DNA of 64,000 bases from an uncultured Verrucomicrobiae bacterium (lineage in GTDB: Bacteria > Verrucomicrobiota > Verrucomicrobiia > Chthoniobacterales > JAFAMB01): NCBI GenBank assembly GCA_963837955.1, contig CAWIPH010000002.1, positions 3,424,001 through 3,488,000 of the forward strand, in the 5' to 3' direction. The notes under the pieces were generated by a model, which searched no databases, had not been told where the DNA came from, and saw only the letters and a program-made list of their open reading frames with translations. Position numbers and translations under genes: made by a program. Shown here piece after piece: positions 41,166 through 52,807 of this stretch; position 1 is the stretch's first letter; each line of letters starts with the position of its first letter.

Positions 41166-41246
41166 TTCTCTGCCCCGGGGAGGGCGACATTATGAGGGAT
41201 CGCGTCCTCGCGATCCGCGGCGCACGAGGACGATGCGACCCTCCCC
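41166..41246. repeat. REP-like palindromic element (related copy at 60921-60983)
   Basis: GAGGGATCGCGTCCTCGCGATCCGCGGCGCACGAGGACG; its reverse complement is at about 60943-60981. Confidence 0.8.
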
Positions 41247-41259
41247 ACCTCGGGGCCGC

Positions 41260-42267
41260 CTACCGCTCTTGTCCGCTCGTCTTCACTTGCTTCTGCGGCG
41301 CCCCTCGCGATGGACCGAACCCTTTGAGGAACGCGACTTCGACTGCCAGGCCTTCCTGAACGTTGCGAGAAAGATGCTCTCGCAATTCCTGAAACGCGCG
41401 AACTCGTTCTAATAAATCATTAACCGGAATATTTTGGGCGAAGCCGGCCGTGGCATCACGATAGTCGTTTAAATCCCTTTCCTCTCCACCTTGACGCGCT
41501 CTGAGAGCGTCACCAAACCACTCCAGAATTCTCTCAACCAATTCCATCCTCGCGTGCACGTAACGGCTCTCGGTTAGCACATCGAGCCGTTCCTCTTCTT
41601 GCTCGAGCCATTTTCCGTCGGTCGAGTTCTTGTAAATATCCGACTCCCGTTTGAGCCTCTCCTCGTGATCGGCCTCAATACCTCCGCGGATGTCCGCTAG
41701 TTGGTCCTGAAACAGGCGAGCCAAAGTTAGCGCCGATCCGACTGTCCAGGATCGTTCGTCAGTAAGTTTAGCTAACGAATCAAGAAAGACGCGTTCCGCC
41801 GGCTGCAATTGGCGCGCGCTTGCCGCTCGCAACGGCAGAATGACGCAACGAGAGCGGATCGTTTCCAGCAGGGCTTCCGGCAATGAAGTCAAAAGCAAGA
41901 GAAGTGATCCGTTTGGAGGTTCTTCCAGAGTTTTCAGAAATGCATTGGCGGACTGCGGCATCATCCGATCGGCCTCAGCAATCACACCGAATTTCAGTTT
42001 CCCTGTTGTCGAGCGCATGCGTAGCTCCGCCTCCAGCCCGCGAATTTGCTCAACCAAGATGCGCCGAGATTTGGATTCCGGTTGGACCAGATGAAAGTCG
42101 GGATCGCGCGCCGGGTCACTGACTTTGTTGACGGTGCGATAGAATTGCTCGGCCAAACTACGCTTTCCGGATCCATCGGGACCGGTGATTAAAAAGGCGT
42201 GCGCCAATCGGCCAAGCTCGTGGGCCCGAACGAGGTATTCGGCGGCTTCAGCGGCTAAGAAGGGCAT
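41260..42267 (-). CDS. holB: DNA polymerase III subunit delta'
   Basis: AHAFLITGPDGSGK, ANAFLKTLEEPP, TIRSRC. Confidence 0.92.
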   Translation of the reverse strand: MPFLAAEAAEYLVRAHELGRLAHAFLITGPDGSGKRSLAEQFYRTVNKVSDPARDPDFHLVQPESKSRRILVEQIRGLEAELRMRSTTGKLKFGVIAEADRMMPQSANAFLKTLEEPPNGSLLLLLTSLPEALLETIRSRCVILPLRAASARQLQPAERVFLDSLAKLTDERSWTVGSALTLARLFQDQLADIRGGIEADHEERLKRESDIYKNSTDGKWLEQEEERLDVLTESRYVHARMELVERILEWFGDALRARQGGEERDLNDYRDATAGFAQNIPVNDLLERVRAFQELREHLSRNVQEGLAVEVAFLKGFGPSRGAPQKQVKTSGQER

Positions 42268-42886
42268 TCCATTCCTTCCAAATCGTTTCTTCTATCTCAT
42301 TTTCCCGCAATGACGCGTCGATCACTCGAATTCGGTCAGGTTCCCGCCGGGCAAGCTCTAGATACCCCTCCCGCACTCGTTCATGAAATTCATCCGGCAA
42401 TTGCTCGAGGCGATCAGTCTCATTGACAGGGCGCACGCGCCGGAGCTGCCGTTTCCGCATCGTCGCCAAATCCAGATCGAACACGAACGTCAACGTTGGC
42501 CGGATCTCGCCAAGCACGAACTTTTCCAGCTCTCGAATAAACTGCGGGTTGAGCCCGCGGGCATAGCCCTGGTACACCGCCGTCGAATCCGCAAACCGAT
42601 CGGAAATCACCACTCGGCCTTTGGCAAGCGCCGGCCGGATGATTTCACCAATCAATTGCGATCGACTAGCGGCGAATAACAGCAACTCGGTCGTATCATT
42701 AAGGCTCGCGCTTTCCCGCGCATGCAGCAATAACTGCCGGATCGACCGGCCCACCTCGGTTGATCCCGGGTCGTGTACAGCGGTGACCGATCGGCCAGCC
42801 GCCTCCAGCCTCCGGGCCAGCCGCGCTACCTGAGTCGATTTACCAGAAGCGTCTCCGCCTTCAAAAGTGATCAAGATACCGGACAT
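42248..42886 (-). CDS. tmk: Thymidylate kinase
   Basis: ITFEGGDASGKSTQ, DRFADSTAVYQG. Confidence 0.95.
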   Translation of the reverse strand: MSGILITFEGGDASGKSTQVARLARRLEAAGRSVTAVHDPGSTEVGRSIRQLLLHARESASLNDTTELLLFAASRSQLIGEIIRPALAKGRVVISDRFADSTAVYQGYARGLNPQFIRELEKFVLGEIRPTLTFVFDLDLATMRKRQLRRVRPVNETDRLEQLPDEFHERVREGYLELARREPDRIRVIDASLRENEIEETIWKEWNALLSR

Positions 42887-43222
42887 AGCGTGATGACCAA
42901 TAGCCAATAGCAAATAGCCGATTTTGGCTACGGCGATTTCAGCCGTTTAGCGAGAACGGTACGTCCCTTTACGCGCCTGGGCTCTAGTCACCGAATCGTT
43001 ACTCCGAAGCAATTGGTTAGTGGTGCTCCAAGCTCCAGTCGCCATCGGGAGATCAATTCCGCGCCGGCAGCGCCTCGCTTGAACAAAGCTGTGGCGACTG
43101 CGCTTCTAGATTGTGCACGTCACGCGACATGGCACGCACTTCTGAGCTCGAGAAACAAGCAATTGGCGGATGCAAGAACAATCCTTGATTCTCGACCGCC
43201 GCGGGCCATGATATGCGCTGTC

Positions 43223-43630
43223 ATGAACCAGTTCTGGTTGGTGAAGCAGGAGCCGACCGCTTATTCCTGGAGTCAGTTTGTTGCCGACGGCAAAACTGAT
43301 TGGACAGGGGTCCGAAATTTTCAAGCGCGGAACAACCTGCGCAGCATGAAACTGGGCGACGAAGTCCTTTTTTATCACAGCGTCAACGGCAAGGCGGTGG
43401 TCGGCGTGGCCCGCGTGACCAAAGAAGCGTTTGCGGATCCGACTGCAGCCGACGGTGATTGGTCGTCAGTCGAGCTGAAGCCTCAGCGAGCTGTGACGCC
43501 ACCCGTCACGCTTGATCAGATTAAAGCCGAGCCAAAACTGCAAGGGGTGCCATTGCTCAAACAAGCACGCTTATCGGTCATGCCTCTTACGAAGGAAGAG
43601 TTCCAGGGGATCCTGAAGTTGGCGGGCTAG
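43223..43630 (+). CDS. EVE domain protein
   Basis: WLVKQEP, WTGVRNFQARN, FYHS, RLSVMP. Confidence 0.93.
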   Translation: MNQFWLVKQEPTAYSWSQFVADGKTDWTGVRNFQARNNLRSMKLGDEVLFYHSVNGKAVVGVARVTKEAFADPTAADGDWSSVELKPQRAVTPPVTLDQIKAEPKLQGVPLLKQARLSVMPLTKEEFQGILKLAG

Positions 43631-43797
43631 GAGTTGAGCGGAGGAAGCTGGGAGCTAGAAGCGAGAAGTTGGAATTTAGAATCCAGAAGACCGGCTTGGC
43701 GAACCGCTGAGCGACAGTCGCGCATCTTGCTGGGGCATGTGAGACTGGGGACCGCAACTGCCGCGAAAGGTCAACAGTTAGTAGCACGGCACCAAGC

Positions 43798-43832
43798 AAA
43801 AAAAACAGGCGCTGGGCTATCCCAGCGCCTGG
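43798..43832 (-). terminator. Intrinsic terminator of the PEP-CTERM gene
   Basis: CAGGCGCTGGG-CTAT-CCCAGCGCCTG hairpin followed by a T run on the minus strand. Confidence 0.8.
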
Positions 43833-43880
43833 AAACGCACTCTCTTATAAAATCAGATATTCTCTTCGAACTGAAAAATC

Positions 43881-44654
43881 TTAGCGAGCTATCAAGTGGC
43901 GGTGGCGGAGAAGGCCCAAGCCGGCTAACCCGACCAGCCCGATTCCAACCAGGGCCATCGGTTGAGGCTCTGGAAGCGCCTGTAAACTAACGTTACTGAA
44001 AATAGCCGTAGAAAACAGGCCAGCCGTCGCCACGGCGTTCGGACTGTCAAACAGCTTGATGCCGATATTGCCGGTCGGAGCCGTAGAGCCGGTCAGGAAA
44101 TTTAATGTAAGCAAATAGGTATTCCCACTTAGCAACGAAAGACTGATGCTCTGGTTCGAGCCCGTGGTCGTTGATGCCAGGGTCGCTCCGGAACCATCGA
44201 GCAAACCAATACCGACGCCTGAAGAGGTCAGGGCCCCAAGCGTCAGGAGGGAGCTGACGTTTACAGCGGTGGTGAGTTGATAAACGGTGTTTGGAAGATA
44301 AGCCGTCGCAGTCGAGTCGGTGAAAAAACCTGAGTTGTTCACTGGGCCCAAAACGTTAACTGCGGCAATCCCGCTGATGGTCGCAGCGCCGCCGACTCCC
44401 CCGAAACCGCCGGTTGTGCTGATCGACAACGTCGGGCCTAACAATAGCCCAAGCACACCGCTAAAGGTTCCATTCCAGGGACCAGTTCCGATCGGAGTAG
44501 GTCCTCCGGATCCGAGAATTCCACCAAAGGTTCCTACATTGCCAGGCGCGCTAAAGTCGCCGTTAGGAATCGGAATATTCTGCGCCAATACAGCTGCAGG
44601 CGTCGCTACTAGGCAGACCAATCCTACTGCTGCCGCGAGAAATTTTCTGATCAT
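43881..44654 (-). CDS. PEP-CTERM (exosortase-sorted) surface protein
   Basis: Signal peptide, Gly/Ser/Thr-rich body, LPEP + TM helix + RHRH tail. Confidence 0.85.
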   Translation of the reverse strand: MIRKFLAAAVGLVCLVATPAAVLAQNIPIPNGDFSAPGNVGTFGGILGSGGPTPIGTGPWNGTFSGVLGLLLGPTLSISTTGGFGGVGGAATISGIAAVNVLGPVNNSGFFTDSTATAYLPNTVYQLTTAVNVSSLLTLGALTSSGVGIGLLDGSGATLASTTTGSNQSISLSLLSGNTYLLTLNFLTGSTAPTGNIGIKLFDSPNAVATAGLFSTAIFSNVSLQALPEPQPMALVGIGLVGLAGLGLLRHRHLIAR

Positions 44655-45212
44655 AAGATTTTATTGGTTTTGACTAACTTCGAGGAGTTTTCCCCCAGAG
44701 TTGAGTCTCATTTATCAAAATAGCCGCTATTATGGCAATCATAATAATAGGAATTCTTCTAGTCCCATTAATCTGGTATCAATTGAGAATACCAGTATCC
44801 ATGGTTTTTCGAGCCGATTGCTGGCTCGTTTTTGGTGAAAATCCTCAACTTTTTGGCCGGAAGTCCCGGAGGGACCCAATGCAAGTAGCAGCCCAGGACG
44901 AAGTGCTGGGAGAACTATGCCAGAAAGAGAAGTTCGTCCGCAGGGACGATAGAAACTTTGGCTCCTGGTTTCTCTCGGGCGCGCGTTCAGCACCCGGATC
45001 CGAGCCGTCGATCGTCCCGTCCGGGACGGGTCGCTTTCTGAACGCCACCCAGCACTTCGGAGGACTGTGGGCTTCTTATCATGGGTCCCTTCGGGACTGA
45101 TTTTCTTTAGCGCACGATGGAACTGCGCGATCCTGATCGCGAGTTTATGTTGCCGCTTCGGTAAAGCAGGCTTGGCAGCAAGCCTCCGATAAGGCAAAAT
45201 CAAATTAGGTTT

Positions 45213-45938
45213 ATGCCAGCAGCGTCTTCCCGTCGTGCCCGCTCGCGTGTGACACCCCGATCCGGGAAGATCCCCCCTCGATCCGGAAAAAACCATCTCA
45301 CCTTCTGGTGGCTGCCATTAGCGGTGCGAACCTTGGCCTGCCTCGGAGTCTTAGCTCTCTTCGTGATCGTCGGATTCCTGCTGGCTAACGGCGGGTTCGA
45401 GGATCCAGATCCACAGAGTAAAATGTTGGAGCTGACCGACCAGGATATTGACCCTGAAACCACTAATTTAGCCAAGACCTTGCTCCGGCAGAACCAATCG
45501 GATCAGCGAATTGGACTCTATTTATGGTCCGAGGCAGCTTCTCAGTTTTCCGGAGATGCCTTGAATCAGGCAAAATCTGGACTGACTCACGGGCAGATAG
45601 CTCAAACTCTGTTGCCTCTGGCCAAATCGCTATCAGATGATCTTGATCAGCAGAAAGTGGCCGCGTTTACCTTTTGGTTCGTCCCGGATGAGGGAACGGC
45701 ATCGGGGACGGTGCATCTGCAGCTCAACGGAGTAGATCTGGGCGAATTCCCGGTCGGGAGCGAGCGGTACGCAATCACTCTTCTGGCGAAAACCGGTTCG
45801 ACGGAACGCCTTCAAATAACAGCCCTACAAGCGCAAGCTGGCTCAATCATTTATCGCGCCGAGACCACGACAACAGAAGCGGTGACCAGGCGTTTGGCGG
45901 TAGGGAAATCCGACAGTTGGAATATCGTGATCCAGTGA
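45213..45938 (+). CDS. Membrane-anchored hypothetical protein
   Basis: Basic N-terminus, one TM helix, beta-rich C-terminal domain. Confidence 0.65.
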   Translation: MPAASSRRARSRVTPRSGKIPPRSGKNHLTFWWLPLAVRTLACLGVLALFVIVGFLLANGGFEDPDPQSKMLELTDQDIDPETTNLAKTLLRQNQSDQRIGLYLWSEAASQFSGDALNQAKSGLTHGQIAQTLLPLAKSLSDDLDQQKVAAFTFWFVPDEGTASGTVHLQLNGVDLGEFPVGSERYAITLLAKTGSTERLQITALQAQAGSIIYRAETTTTEAVTRRLAVGKSDSWNIVIQ

Positions 45939-46240
45939 AAACGCCGTTATCTGGGACCCCATCCCCTTGAATCGCATCCACCTGGCGCTGCCTCGGAGCA
46001 GATGGAAAATGGGGGCCAGGTCTCGGCCGCTTCGGGATGGTCTCAGGCGGGAGATGAGTGGCAAAACGGCTGCCGCGGATGTTCCAACAACTCAAGGAAC
46101 TTAAGCAAAGACTCGCTGAGCTCGAGTTGCTCTTGAAGCAAACCGATCCGGAAGCGACTTCTCGACCTAAATAGTCGTCAGCGCTCACTTCCGCGCGCGT
46201 GTTGACAGGTCTCGGCGGCTACGTACCCTTGAACGCTCGC

Positions 46241-46624
46241 ATGAAAACGGTCTTTTCCTCCCCTGACGCTCCACCTGCTCTTGGGCCCTACTCGCAGGCG
46301 ATCGGCGCCGGCCCTTTTCTTTTTTGCTCCGGCCAAGTGCCTCTGCAGGCAGCTACAGGAGAATTGGTCGGCCAAGATGTCGCAGAGCAAACCAAGCAAG
46401 CGTTACTGAATTTGGGGGCAGTCCTCAAGAGCGCCGGGCTGTCCTATGCGAATATTGTAAAGACTACTGTCTTCTTAACCGACTTATCCCAGTTCACCGA
46501 AATGAACTCGGTCTACGCTACTTTTTTCCAAGACACTCCCCCAGCCCGATCTACTATTGAGGTTTCGGCCCTCCCAAAAGGGGCCAGAGTCGAGATCGAG
46601 GCAATTGCCCTCAAACCGTCGTAA
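46241..46624 (+). CDS. RidA/YjgF family enamine deaminase
   Basis: PPALGPYSQA, SGQVP, KTTVFL, PPARS, LPKGARVEIE. Confidence 0.93.
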   Translation: MKTVFSSPDAPPALGPYSQAIGAGPFLFCSGQVPLQAATGELVGQDVAEQTKQALLNLGAVLKSAGLSYANIVKTTVFLTDLSQFTEMNSVYATFFQDTPPARSTIEVSALPKGARVEIEAIALKPS

Positions 46625-46627
46625 GCC

Positions 46628-47194
46628 GTGGAAGAATCTATATTAGCAATCTTTGAACGGACCGGTTCTCTACTGCACGGCCATTTCATTCTGAGTTCCG
46701 GGCTGCACAGCCGTCAGTTCTTCCAATGCGCCCTCGTCCTGCAGCACCCGGATCTGGCCTCTGCCATTTGTCAACGTTTGGCCGCTAAGCTGGCAAATGT
46801 CGCCTGTGATGCCGTGATTTCGCCGGCTCTGGGCGGTATCATCGTGGGCCAGGAGGTCGCCCGTCATTTGGGGAAACGGCATATCTTCGCGGAGAAACAG
46901 GAAGGAAAACTGGTGCTGAGGCGCGGTTTTCAGATTTTTCCCGATCAAAAATTTATCGTTGCGGAAGATGTCGTCACTCGGGGAGGCAAAGTGCTAGAAA
47001 CGATCGAGATCGTGCGCTCTCACGGCGGTAGGGTGGTTGCCGTGGGTTCGATCGTGGACCGAAGCGGCCAAGACAAACCCGATTTTGGATGTAAATTTGA
47101 GAGTTTACTACAACTTCAGGTAGAGACTTTCGCTCCGGACCAGTTGCCGCCAGACTTAAGAGATGTCCCGGCAATCAAACCTGGAAGCAGGTAA
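46628..47194 (+). CDS. pyrE: Orotate phosphoribosyltransferase
   Basis: [28 protein letters not shown]. Confidence 0.94.
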   Translation: MEESILAIFERTGSLLHGHFILSSGLHSRQFFQCALVLQHPDLASAICQRLAAKLANVACDAVISPALGGIIVGQEVARHLGKRHIFAEKQEGKLVLRRGFQIFPDQKFIVAEDVVTRGGKVLETIEIVRSHGGRVVAVGSIVDRSGQDKPDFGCKFESLLQLQVETFAPDQLPPDLRDVPAIKPGSR

Positions 47195-47208
47195 GTAGGA
47201 GTGATGTT

Positions 47209-50200
47209 ATGGTAAGCTGGGTTTTAAAGAAGATTTTAGGTTCGAAAAATCAGCGCGAAGTGCGCCGACTTCGTCCGATCGTCGAACAGATCAATCGGAT
47301 TGAGAAGGAGTACCAGTCGCTTAGTGATGCAGATCTCCAAGCCAAGAGCTTAGCTTGGAAGCAGGAATTGTCGGTCATCGAGGATCCGGATCTGCTAACC
47401 AAACGGTTGAACGAATTGCTACCGGAAGCCTTCGCCGCCGTCAAAAATACGGCGCGCCGCCTTTGGGATAAATCTTGGCTCGTTTCCGATCAGCCAACGG
47501 TTTGGAACATGATTCACTTCGATGTGCAGCTTATCGGCGGAATCGGGCTGCACCGAGGTAAGATCGCAGAAATGGCGACCGGTGAAGGAAAGACTTTGGT
47601 TGCTACCTGTCCTCTCTATCTCAATGCACTCACCGGACGCGGTGTTCATCTGGTAACCGTGAACGATTATCTCGCTCGGCGCGATGCCGAATGGATGGGC
47701 GAGATTTATAAATTTCTCGGGTTAACGGTCGGCTGTATCCAGCATGATCAATCGCCTTCTGAACGAAAGGCCCAATACGATTGCGATATCACGTATGGCA
47801 CGAACAGCGAATTCGGATTCGACTATTTGCGTGACAACGGGATGGCCACTTCAAAGGACCAGCAGGTACAGCGCGGTCATTACTTCGCGATCGTCGACGA
47901 GGTCGATTCCATTTTGATCGATGAAGCGCGGACTCCTCTTATCATCAGCGGTCCCGCCACCGTTTCTTCCCATCAATACGATAAGTTCAAGCCGATCGTA
48001 GAACAACTGGTGAAGCGGCAGACGATGCTGTGTAACCGGCTCGTTTCCGAAGCAAAAGAAGCGTTAGAACGCGGCGATCAGGAACAAGGTGGGCGGATCC
48101 TTTTCAAGGTCAAACTCGGACAGCCGAGAAACAAAGGGTTGCTTCGATTGATGGAAGATCCGGAAAATCGCAAGGCGCTCGATAAATCGGAACTCTCGTT
48201 CTACCAGGACTCTCGCAAGGAGGAACTGATCGCTCTGAAGGAAGAGCTGAATTTTACGATCGACGAAAAGCACCAGGACTCAGACCTCTCCGAACTGGGG
48301 CGTACTTATCTCAATCCGGACGATCCCGACGCCTTCGTATTGCCCGACCTCATCAGCGAATTTACCGAGATCGACCTCGACCCCTCCCTGACGCCCGAGG
48401 AGAAGGAAGAAAGGAAACGAGCTCGCCAACAGTATTGCGATAGCCAGGCCGAGCGAATTCACAACATCGCCCAATTGTTGCGAGCCTATTGTCTGTTCGA
48501 AAAAGATGTCGATTACGTCGTTGAAGAAAACAAGGTGATCATCGTTGACGAGAACACCGGGCGAAAGATGCCGGGCCGACGTTGGAGTGATGGTTTGCAC
48601 CAAGCAGTCGAAGCAAAGGAAGGAGTCCAGATTGACCGGGAAACGCAGACTCTGGCCACGATCACGATCCAAAATTATTTTCGGTTGTATCACAAACTGG
48701 CCGGGATGACCGGAACGGCTGAAACAGAAGCAAACGAATTCCACGACATTTACCGCCTCGACGTTCTGGTGATTCCTACGAACCGGCCGGTGATCCGGAA
48801 AGATTGGAACGATCGAATCTATAAGACACGCCGCGAAAAATATAATGCGGTTTTGGACGAGATAAAAAATGCGCACGGCCGTGGCCAACCACTATTGGTT
48901 GGGACCGCTTCAGTCGAAGCATCGGAATTACTTTCCCGGATGTTGAAACGGGAAAAAATCCCTCACAACGTTCTTAACGCGAAATACCATCGCCAGGAGG
49001 CAGAGATCGTGGCTCGCGCTGGCCAGCAGGGAACGGTCACTATATCCACCAATATGGCCGGCCGTGGAACCGACATTAAACTCGGCCAAGGAATTCCGGA
49101 AGCGGGCGGACTCTATGTCCTTGGAACAGAAAGGCACGAGATTCGTCGGGTCGACCGGCAGCTACGCGGTCGTTGTGCCCGCCAAGGAGATCCAGGGGCG
49201 TCGCGATTCTATGTCAGTTTCGAAGATGATTTGATGCGCAACTTCGGCGCCTCCGAACGGATGACTGCGATGATGGAGCGATTCGGCTTAAAGGACGGCG
49301 AAGAGCTTGAGCATCCTTGGCTCAATAAAAGCGTTGAAACCGCGCAAAAGCGGGTCGAGCAGCGAAATTATCAGATTCGGAAGCGCACGCTCGATTTTGA
49401 CGACGTCATGAACAAGCAGCGCGAAGTAATTTATACACTTCGCAATGAGACTCTTGAGACAACCGAACCACGTAAATTGATTTTTGAGATTGTCGACGAA
49501 GTCATTCCTGAACGGGTCCGGGATTATCTGCAACCGGCAGATGGTTCTGAGCCAGACCAGGCAGGATTACTCCAATGGCTTAATACGACGTTCCCGCTGG
49601 GACTAAGTTCAGCTGCTGCTCAGTTAGACAGCCGAACGGTCGAAGAAAACGAAAAGTTTGTTGTCGAGAAGCTTAAGAAATCCTACGAACAGAAAATCAA
49701 TTTGGAGGAAAGTGAAGCGGTTTCCGGTCTCGAACGCTATATCCTGCTCAATGCGATTGATCGTCTCTGGCAGGAGCATCTCTACGCAATGGACGGTCTC
49801 AGAGAAGGCATCTATCTGCGCAGCTACGGACAAAAGGATCCGTTAATCGAGTATAAGACCGAGGCATACGACATGTTTAGCCAGCTGATGGCGAGCATTA
49901 AGAACGAAGTGCTGAGCAATCTGTTTCGCAGCACGACAAACCTCATGGCGTTCGAGCAGTTTTTGTCTACTCTGCCGGTCGGGCTCAACCTCACGGGCAT
50001 GGGTCCGATGCCGACCGGTCCAGGTCCCCTTCCAATGGCCCGCCGCGAACAAATGGCCGGTGACCGAGAGATGCAGGACCAAAACGGAAATAACGAGCTG
50101 GAACTGGTTATTCCGGCTGCTCGCCAGAAGACCGTATCGGTTGGCCGCAATGAGCCTTGCCCCTGCGGTAGCGGCAAAAAATACAAGAACTGCCACGGCC

Positions 50201-50211
50201 GAGTGGCGTAA
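47209..50211 (+). CDS. secA: Preprotein translocase SecA
   Basis: [38 protein letters not shown]-terminal [18 protein letters not shown]. Confidence 0.98.
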   Translation: MVSWVLKKILGSKNQREVRRLRPIVEQINRIEKEYQSLSDADLQAKSLAWKQELSVIEDPDLLTKRLNELLPEAFAAVKNTARRLWDKSWLVSDQPTVWNMIHFDVQLIGGIGLHRGKIAEMATGEGKTLVATCPLYLNALTGRGVHLVTVNDYLARRDAEWMGEIYKFLGLTVGCIQHDQSPSERKAQYDCDITYGTNSEFGFDYLRDNGMATSKDQQVQRGHYFAIVDEVDSILIDEARTPLIISGPATVSSHQYDKFKPIVEQLVKRQTMLCNRLVSEAKEALERGDQEQGGRILFKVKLGQPRNKGLLRLMEDPENRKALDKSELSFYQDSRKEELIALKEELNFTIDEKHQDSDLSELGRTYLNPDDPDAFVLPDLISEFTEIDLDPSLTPEEKEERKRARQQYCDSQAERIHNIAQLLRAYCLFEKDVDYVVEENKVIIVDENTGRKMPGRRWSDGLHQAVEAKEGVQIDRETQTLATITIQNYFRLYHKLAGMTGTAETEANEFHDIYRLDVLVIPTNRPVIRKDWNDRIYKTRREKYNAVLDEIKNAHGRGQPLLVGTASVEASELLSRMLKREKIPHNVLNAKYHRQEAEIVARAGQQGTVTISTNMAGRGTDIKLGQGIPEAGGLYVLGTERHEIRRVDRQLRGRCARQGDPGASRFYVSFEDDLMRNFGASERMTAMMERFGLKDGEELEHPWLNKSVETAQKRVEQRNYQIRKRTLDFDDVMNKQREVIYTLRNETLETTEPRKLIFEIVDEVIPERVRDYLQPADGSEPDQAGLLQWLNTTFPLGLSSAAAQLDSRTVEENEKFVVEKLKKSYEQKINLEESEAVSGLERYILLNAIDRLWQEHLYAMDGLREGIYLRSYGQKDPLIEYKTEAYDMFSQLMASIKNEVLSNLFRSTTNLMAFEQFLSTLPVGLNLTGMGPMPTGPGPLPMARREQMAGDREMQDQNGNNELELVIPAARQKTVSVGRNEPCPCGSGKKYKNCHGRVA

Positions 50212-50709
50212 TTTCGCCCGTCGGCGTAGGCGAGAACCCGGAGCGGCAAGCCGATCCGCATCCCTCAGATCACACCTTTTGCGCTACCTAAATCGGCGAT
50301 CCACCGCGTGTAACGCACTCCGATTCAACGAAATACGCATCCGATCGGCCCCGATTCTGGGCTAGTTTCACTGCCATTCATCGGCAACCTGCGACTAAAA
50401 AGTTGCCGGAAGTCAATCCTTCATCTATATATCCAGCAGTAACACGGGAGATCTAGGGCAAAGAGAGTTAGTGAGCCCCAGAATCTAGTGGGCAATATCG
50501 CAGGATTTCCAGCTTAGTTTTCAAGGCAGAAAGATTGCGGTCGCCTGGCAATAGGGCAGCTCGACTAGGCGCTCACTTCACTCCAGGCCCGCTTCTCCTG
50601 GAAGTTTTGGTGAAGGCCTTGGGTTTGAGGGTTAAGTTCGGCCCAAACTGTTCTTTCTCAGTGTGCGTAGTGCATGCCCTTCACCGGAAGCACTTCAAAA
50701 TCGTGACCA

Positions 50710-51225
50710 ATGAAATCCCAATCAATGCATTACTCAGGACGCCGCTCTCGTCGAGGACGCCGCAAACGTACAGGTTCAGGACCAAGTAGAGGAGCGATAC
50801 CAAAGCCGTCAAAACCCACATTTTGGCAGCGAGTCGTAGCTTTCTTCGCGGGCTCTACTAAACAGAACGTTGCCCCGCCCAAAAGTCGCGAAAAACAGAC
50901 CGCGACCGTCGTCGCTCCGAAGGAAAAAATCAGCCGTAAGCCTGAGCTGGTTGAGGTTACCTCTCCCAAACTTTATGTGGGTAACCTTTCGTTTGACGCC
51001 AGCGAAAGCGACCTGTTCAACCTGTTTAACGGAGTCGGCCAAGTCCGCAACGCAGAAGTGGTTTGCCACAAATACACTCAGCGGTCCAAAGGCTTCGCTT
51101 TTGTTCAGATGACTACTATCGAAGAAGCGAGGCGTGCAGTAAAAGAACTGCACGACAAAGAGTTCTTAGGACGCAAGTTAGTGGTGAGTGGCGCTAAAAC
51201 TCCGGATATGGAGCGCGCAGCCTGA
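50710..51225 (+). CDS. RRM RNA-binding protein with a basic/amphipathic N-terminal extension
   Basis: RNP2 LYVGNL and RNP1 KGFAFVQM. Confidence 0.92.
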   Translation: MKSQSMHYSGRRSRRGRRKRTGSGPSRGAIPKPSKPTFWQRVVAFFAGSTKQNVAPPKSREKQTATVVAPKEKISRKPELVEVTSPKLYVGNLSFDASESDLFNLFNGVGQVRNAEVVCHKYTQRSKGFAFVQMTTIEEARRAVKELHDKEFLGRKLVVSGAKTPDMERAA

Positions 51226-51248
51226 TTACCCCCTCCTGACAAACTTAT

Positions 51249-51284
51249 AAAACCCGCTTTCAGTATTACTGAAAGCGGGTTTTT
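51249..51284 (+). terminator. Intrinsic terminator (bidirectional-looking)
   Basis: AAAACCCGCTTTCAGTA-T-TACTGAAAGCGGGTTTTT. Confidence 0.85.
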
Positions 51285-51286
51285 CT

Positions 51287-52204
51287 TTGTTCGTGGACCC
51301 CCTGCAATTCTTCATTCTCGCTGGACCCACGGCCGTTGGGAAAAGTGAAATGGCCGTGCGTCTAGCCGAGTATGTACGCACCGAGATTATTGGGGCCGAC
51401 GCCTTTCAAATCTATGCTGGACTTGACATCCTCTCCGGCAAACCCTCGCTTGGGTTCCGAGAGAGGGTTCCTCACCATCTGGTGGGGGTGCTTCCCCTCG
51501 CCCAAACCTGCGACGCCGCGCGATACGCCGAACTGGCCTCAGAACAAATCAGATGCCTCAACGCCAGAGGACTCCGGCCGCTGGTGGTCGGAGGCACCGG
51601 ATTTTATCTGAGTGCGTTGACCCATCCTCTTCCGGAACTCCCAGGCGCCGATCCAGCTATCCGAGCAGAGTTGGCCGGTCGCTCGCTCACGTCGCTACTG
51701 GCTGAACTCGAAGCCCGGGATCCCATCTGTCTCCGCCAAATCGATCGAAATAACCGTCGGCGCATTGAGCGAGCTTTGGAGGTATGCCGGGTAACCGGCC
51801 GACCGTTTTCCGCCTTTAAAGTCAGCCGGCAAAGCCGTGCGAACGTGCCCGCCCTTTTGCTCGAGCGACCCCGGGAAGATCTAAACCGGCGAATCGATCA
51901 CAGGGTCGAAAAGATGCTCGAAGACGGCGCGATCGAGGAAGTGAGGGCGACAGATCAAATTAGCCAAACCGCAGCGCAAATGATCGGCTTTGCCGAAATC
52001 AAGGATTACCTGGCAGGCCGCCGCAGCCGAAAGAGTTGCATCGAAGCAATTCAGCTCGCAACAAGACAATACGCGAAACGCCAACTTACCTGGTTCCGCC
52101 GTCAGAACTATTTGCCGTTCCCGGCTTCAGGTGAACTGGCGGAAGCAGCCGCCCTTTTTCGTGACTATGCTGAAAGGCCTGTGGCCGGTGACGGTGACCA
52201 GTGA
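51287..52204 (+). CDS. miaA: tRNA dimethylallyltransferase
   Basis: GPTAVGKS, ADAFQIY, VGGTGFY, TRQYAKRQLTWFR. Confidence 0.95.
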   Translation: MFVDPLQFFILAGPTAVGKSEMAVRLAEYVRTEIIGADAFQIYAGLDILSGKPSLGFRERVPHHLVGVLPLAQTCDAARYAELASEQIRCLNARGLRPLVVGGTGFYLSALTHPLPELPGADPAIRAELAGRSLTSLLAELEARDPICLRQIDRNNRRRIERALEVCRVTGRPFSAFKVSRQSRANVPALLLERPREDLNRRIDHRVEKMLEDGAIEEVRATDQISQTAAQMIGFAEIKDYLAGRRSRKSCIEAIQLATRQYAKRQLTWFRRQNYLPFPASGELAEAAALFRDYAERPVAGDGDQ

Positions 52205-52807
52205 TCAGTCACGAAACACCTGTCACCGGGTCCTGAGTGATCGGCGGTCAGGTCGATCGGTACACCCAGTCACCCGTCGTAAGTGATCGGCGGTCGGTGA
52301 TCGGTCATCGCATCAGGGGTCTTGCGCTCTTCAGAGCCGAAGGCGTTTCAAAGGACTCAATCCCAACGCCAACCCGCTGCGCGGGTGCTTTTACGAGTCG
52401 GGCGCTCCGATCTAGCGCCTTATCGAGGAGCGCAACGATCGCGAATCATGTTATGACCGGTGACTGGGTAACTGATCCCTGTTAGGGTGCTTGGTCACTG
52501 CGGCGGTGATGGCAGCAGCGGTCTGCAGAGGACGTGCGCCGATTGCCCCGATAGGCTGCTAGTCGGCGGTCCGGAGCCGCGGATGCGGGCCGTTTTGCCG
52601 AAGTGGGCGTCTCGTTCTAGCGCCTTATGAGAGCGGACGCGCATTTTTTAGGTTACCCGGGGTTGCGCAAAGCCTCCACCCCGGGCTGAGTCCTTTGACG
52701 CCTTCCGACTTCGCCAACCATTAGCTATGGTTCGACGTCACAGAAGGGCTTCGTCGGACAGGTCGGCGTATCCATCTCCCGCCGTCCGGCTCACCGGTTA
52801 CCGATCA

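Noticed and set aside
45935..46174. Short coiled-coil ORF resembling an LpxD C-terminus (RLPRMFQQLKELKQRLAELE)
   Set aside because: Too short, with no supporting upstream frame.
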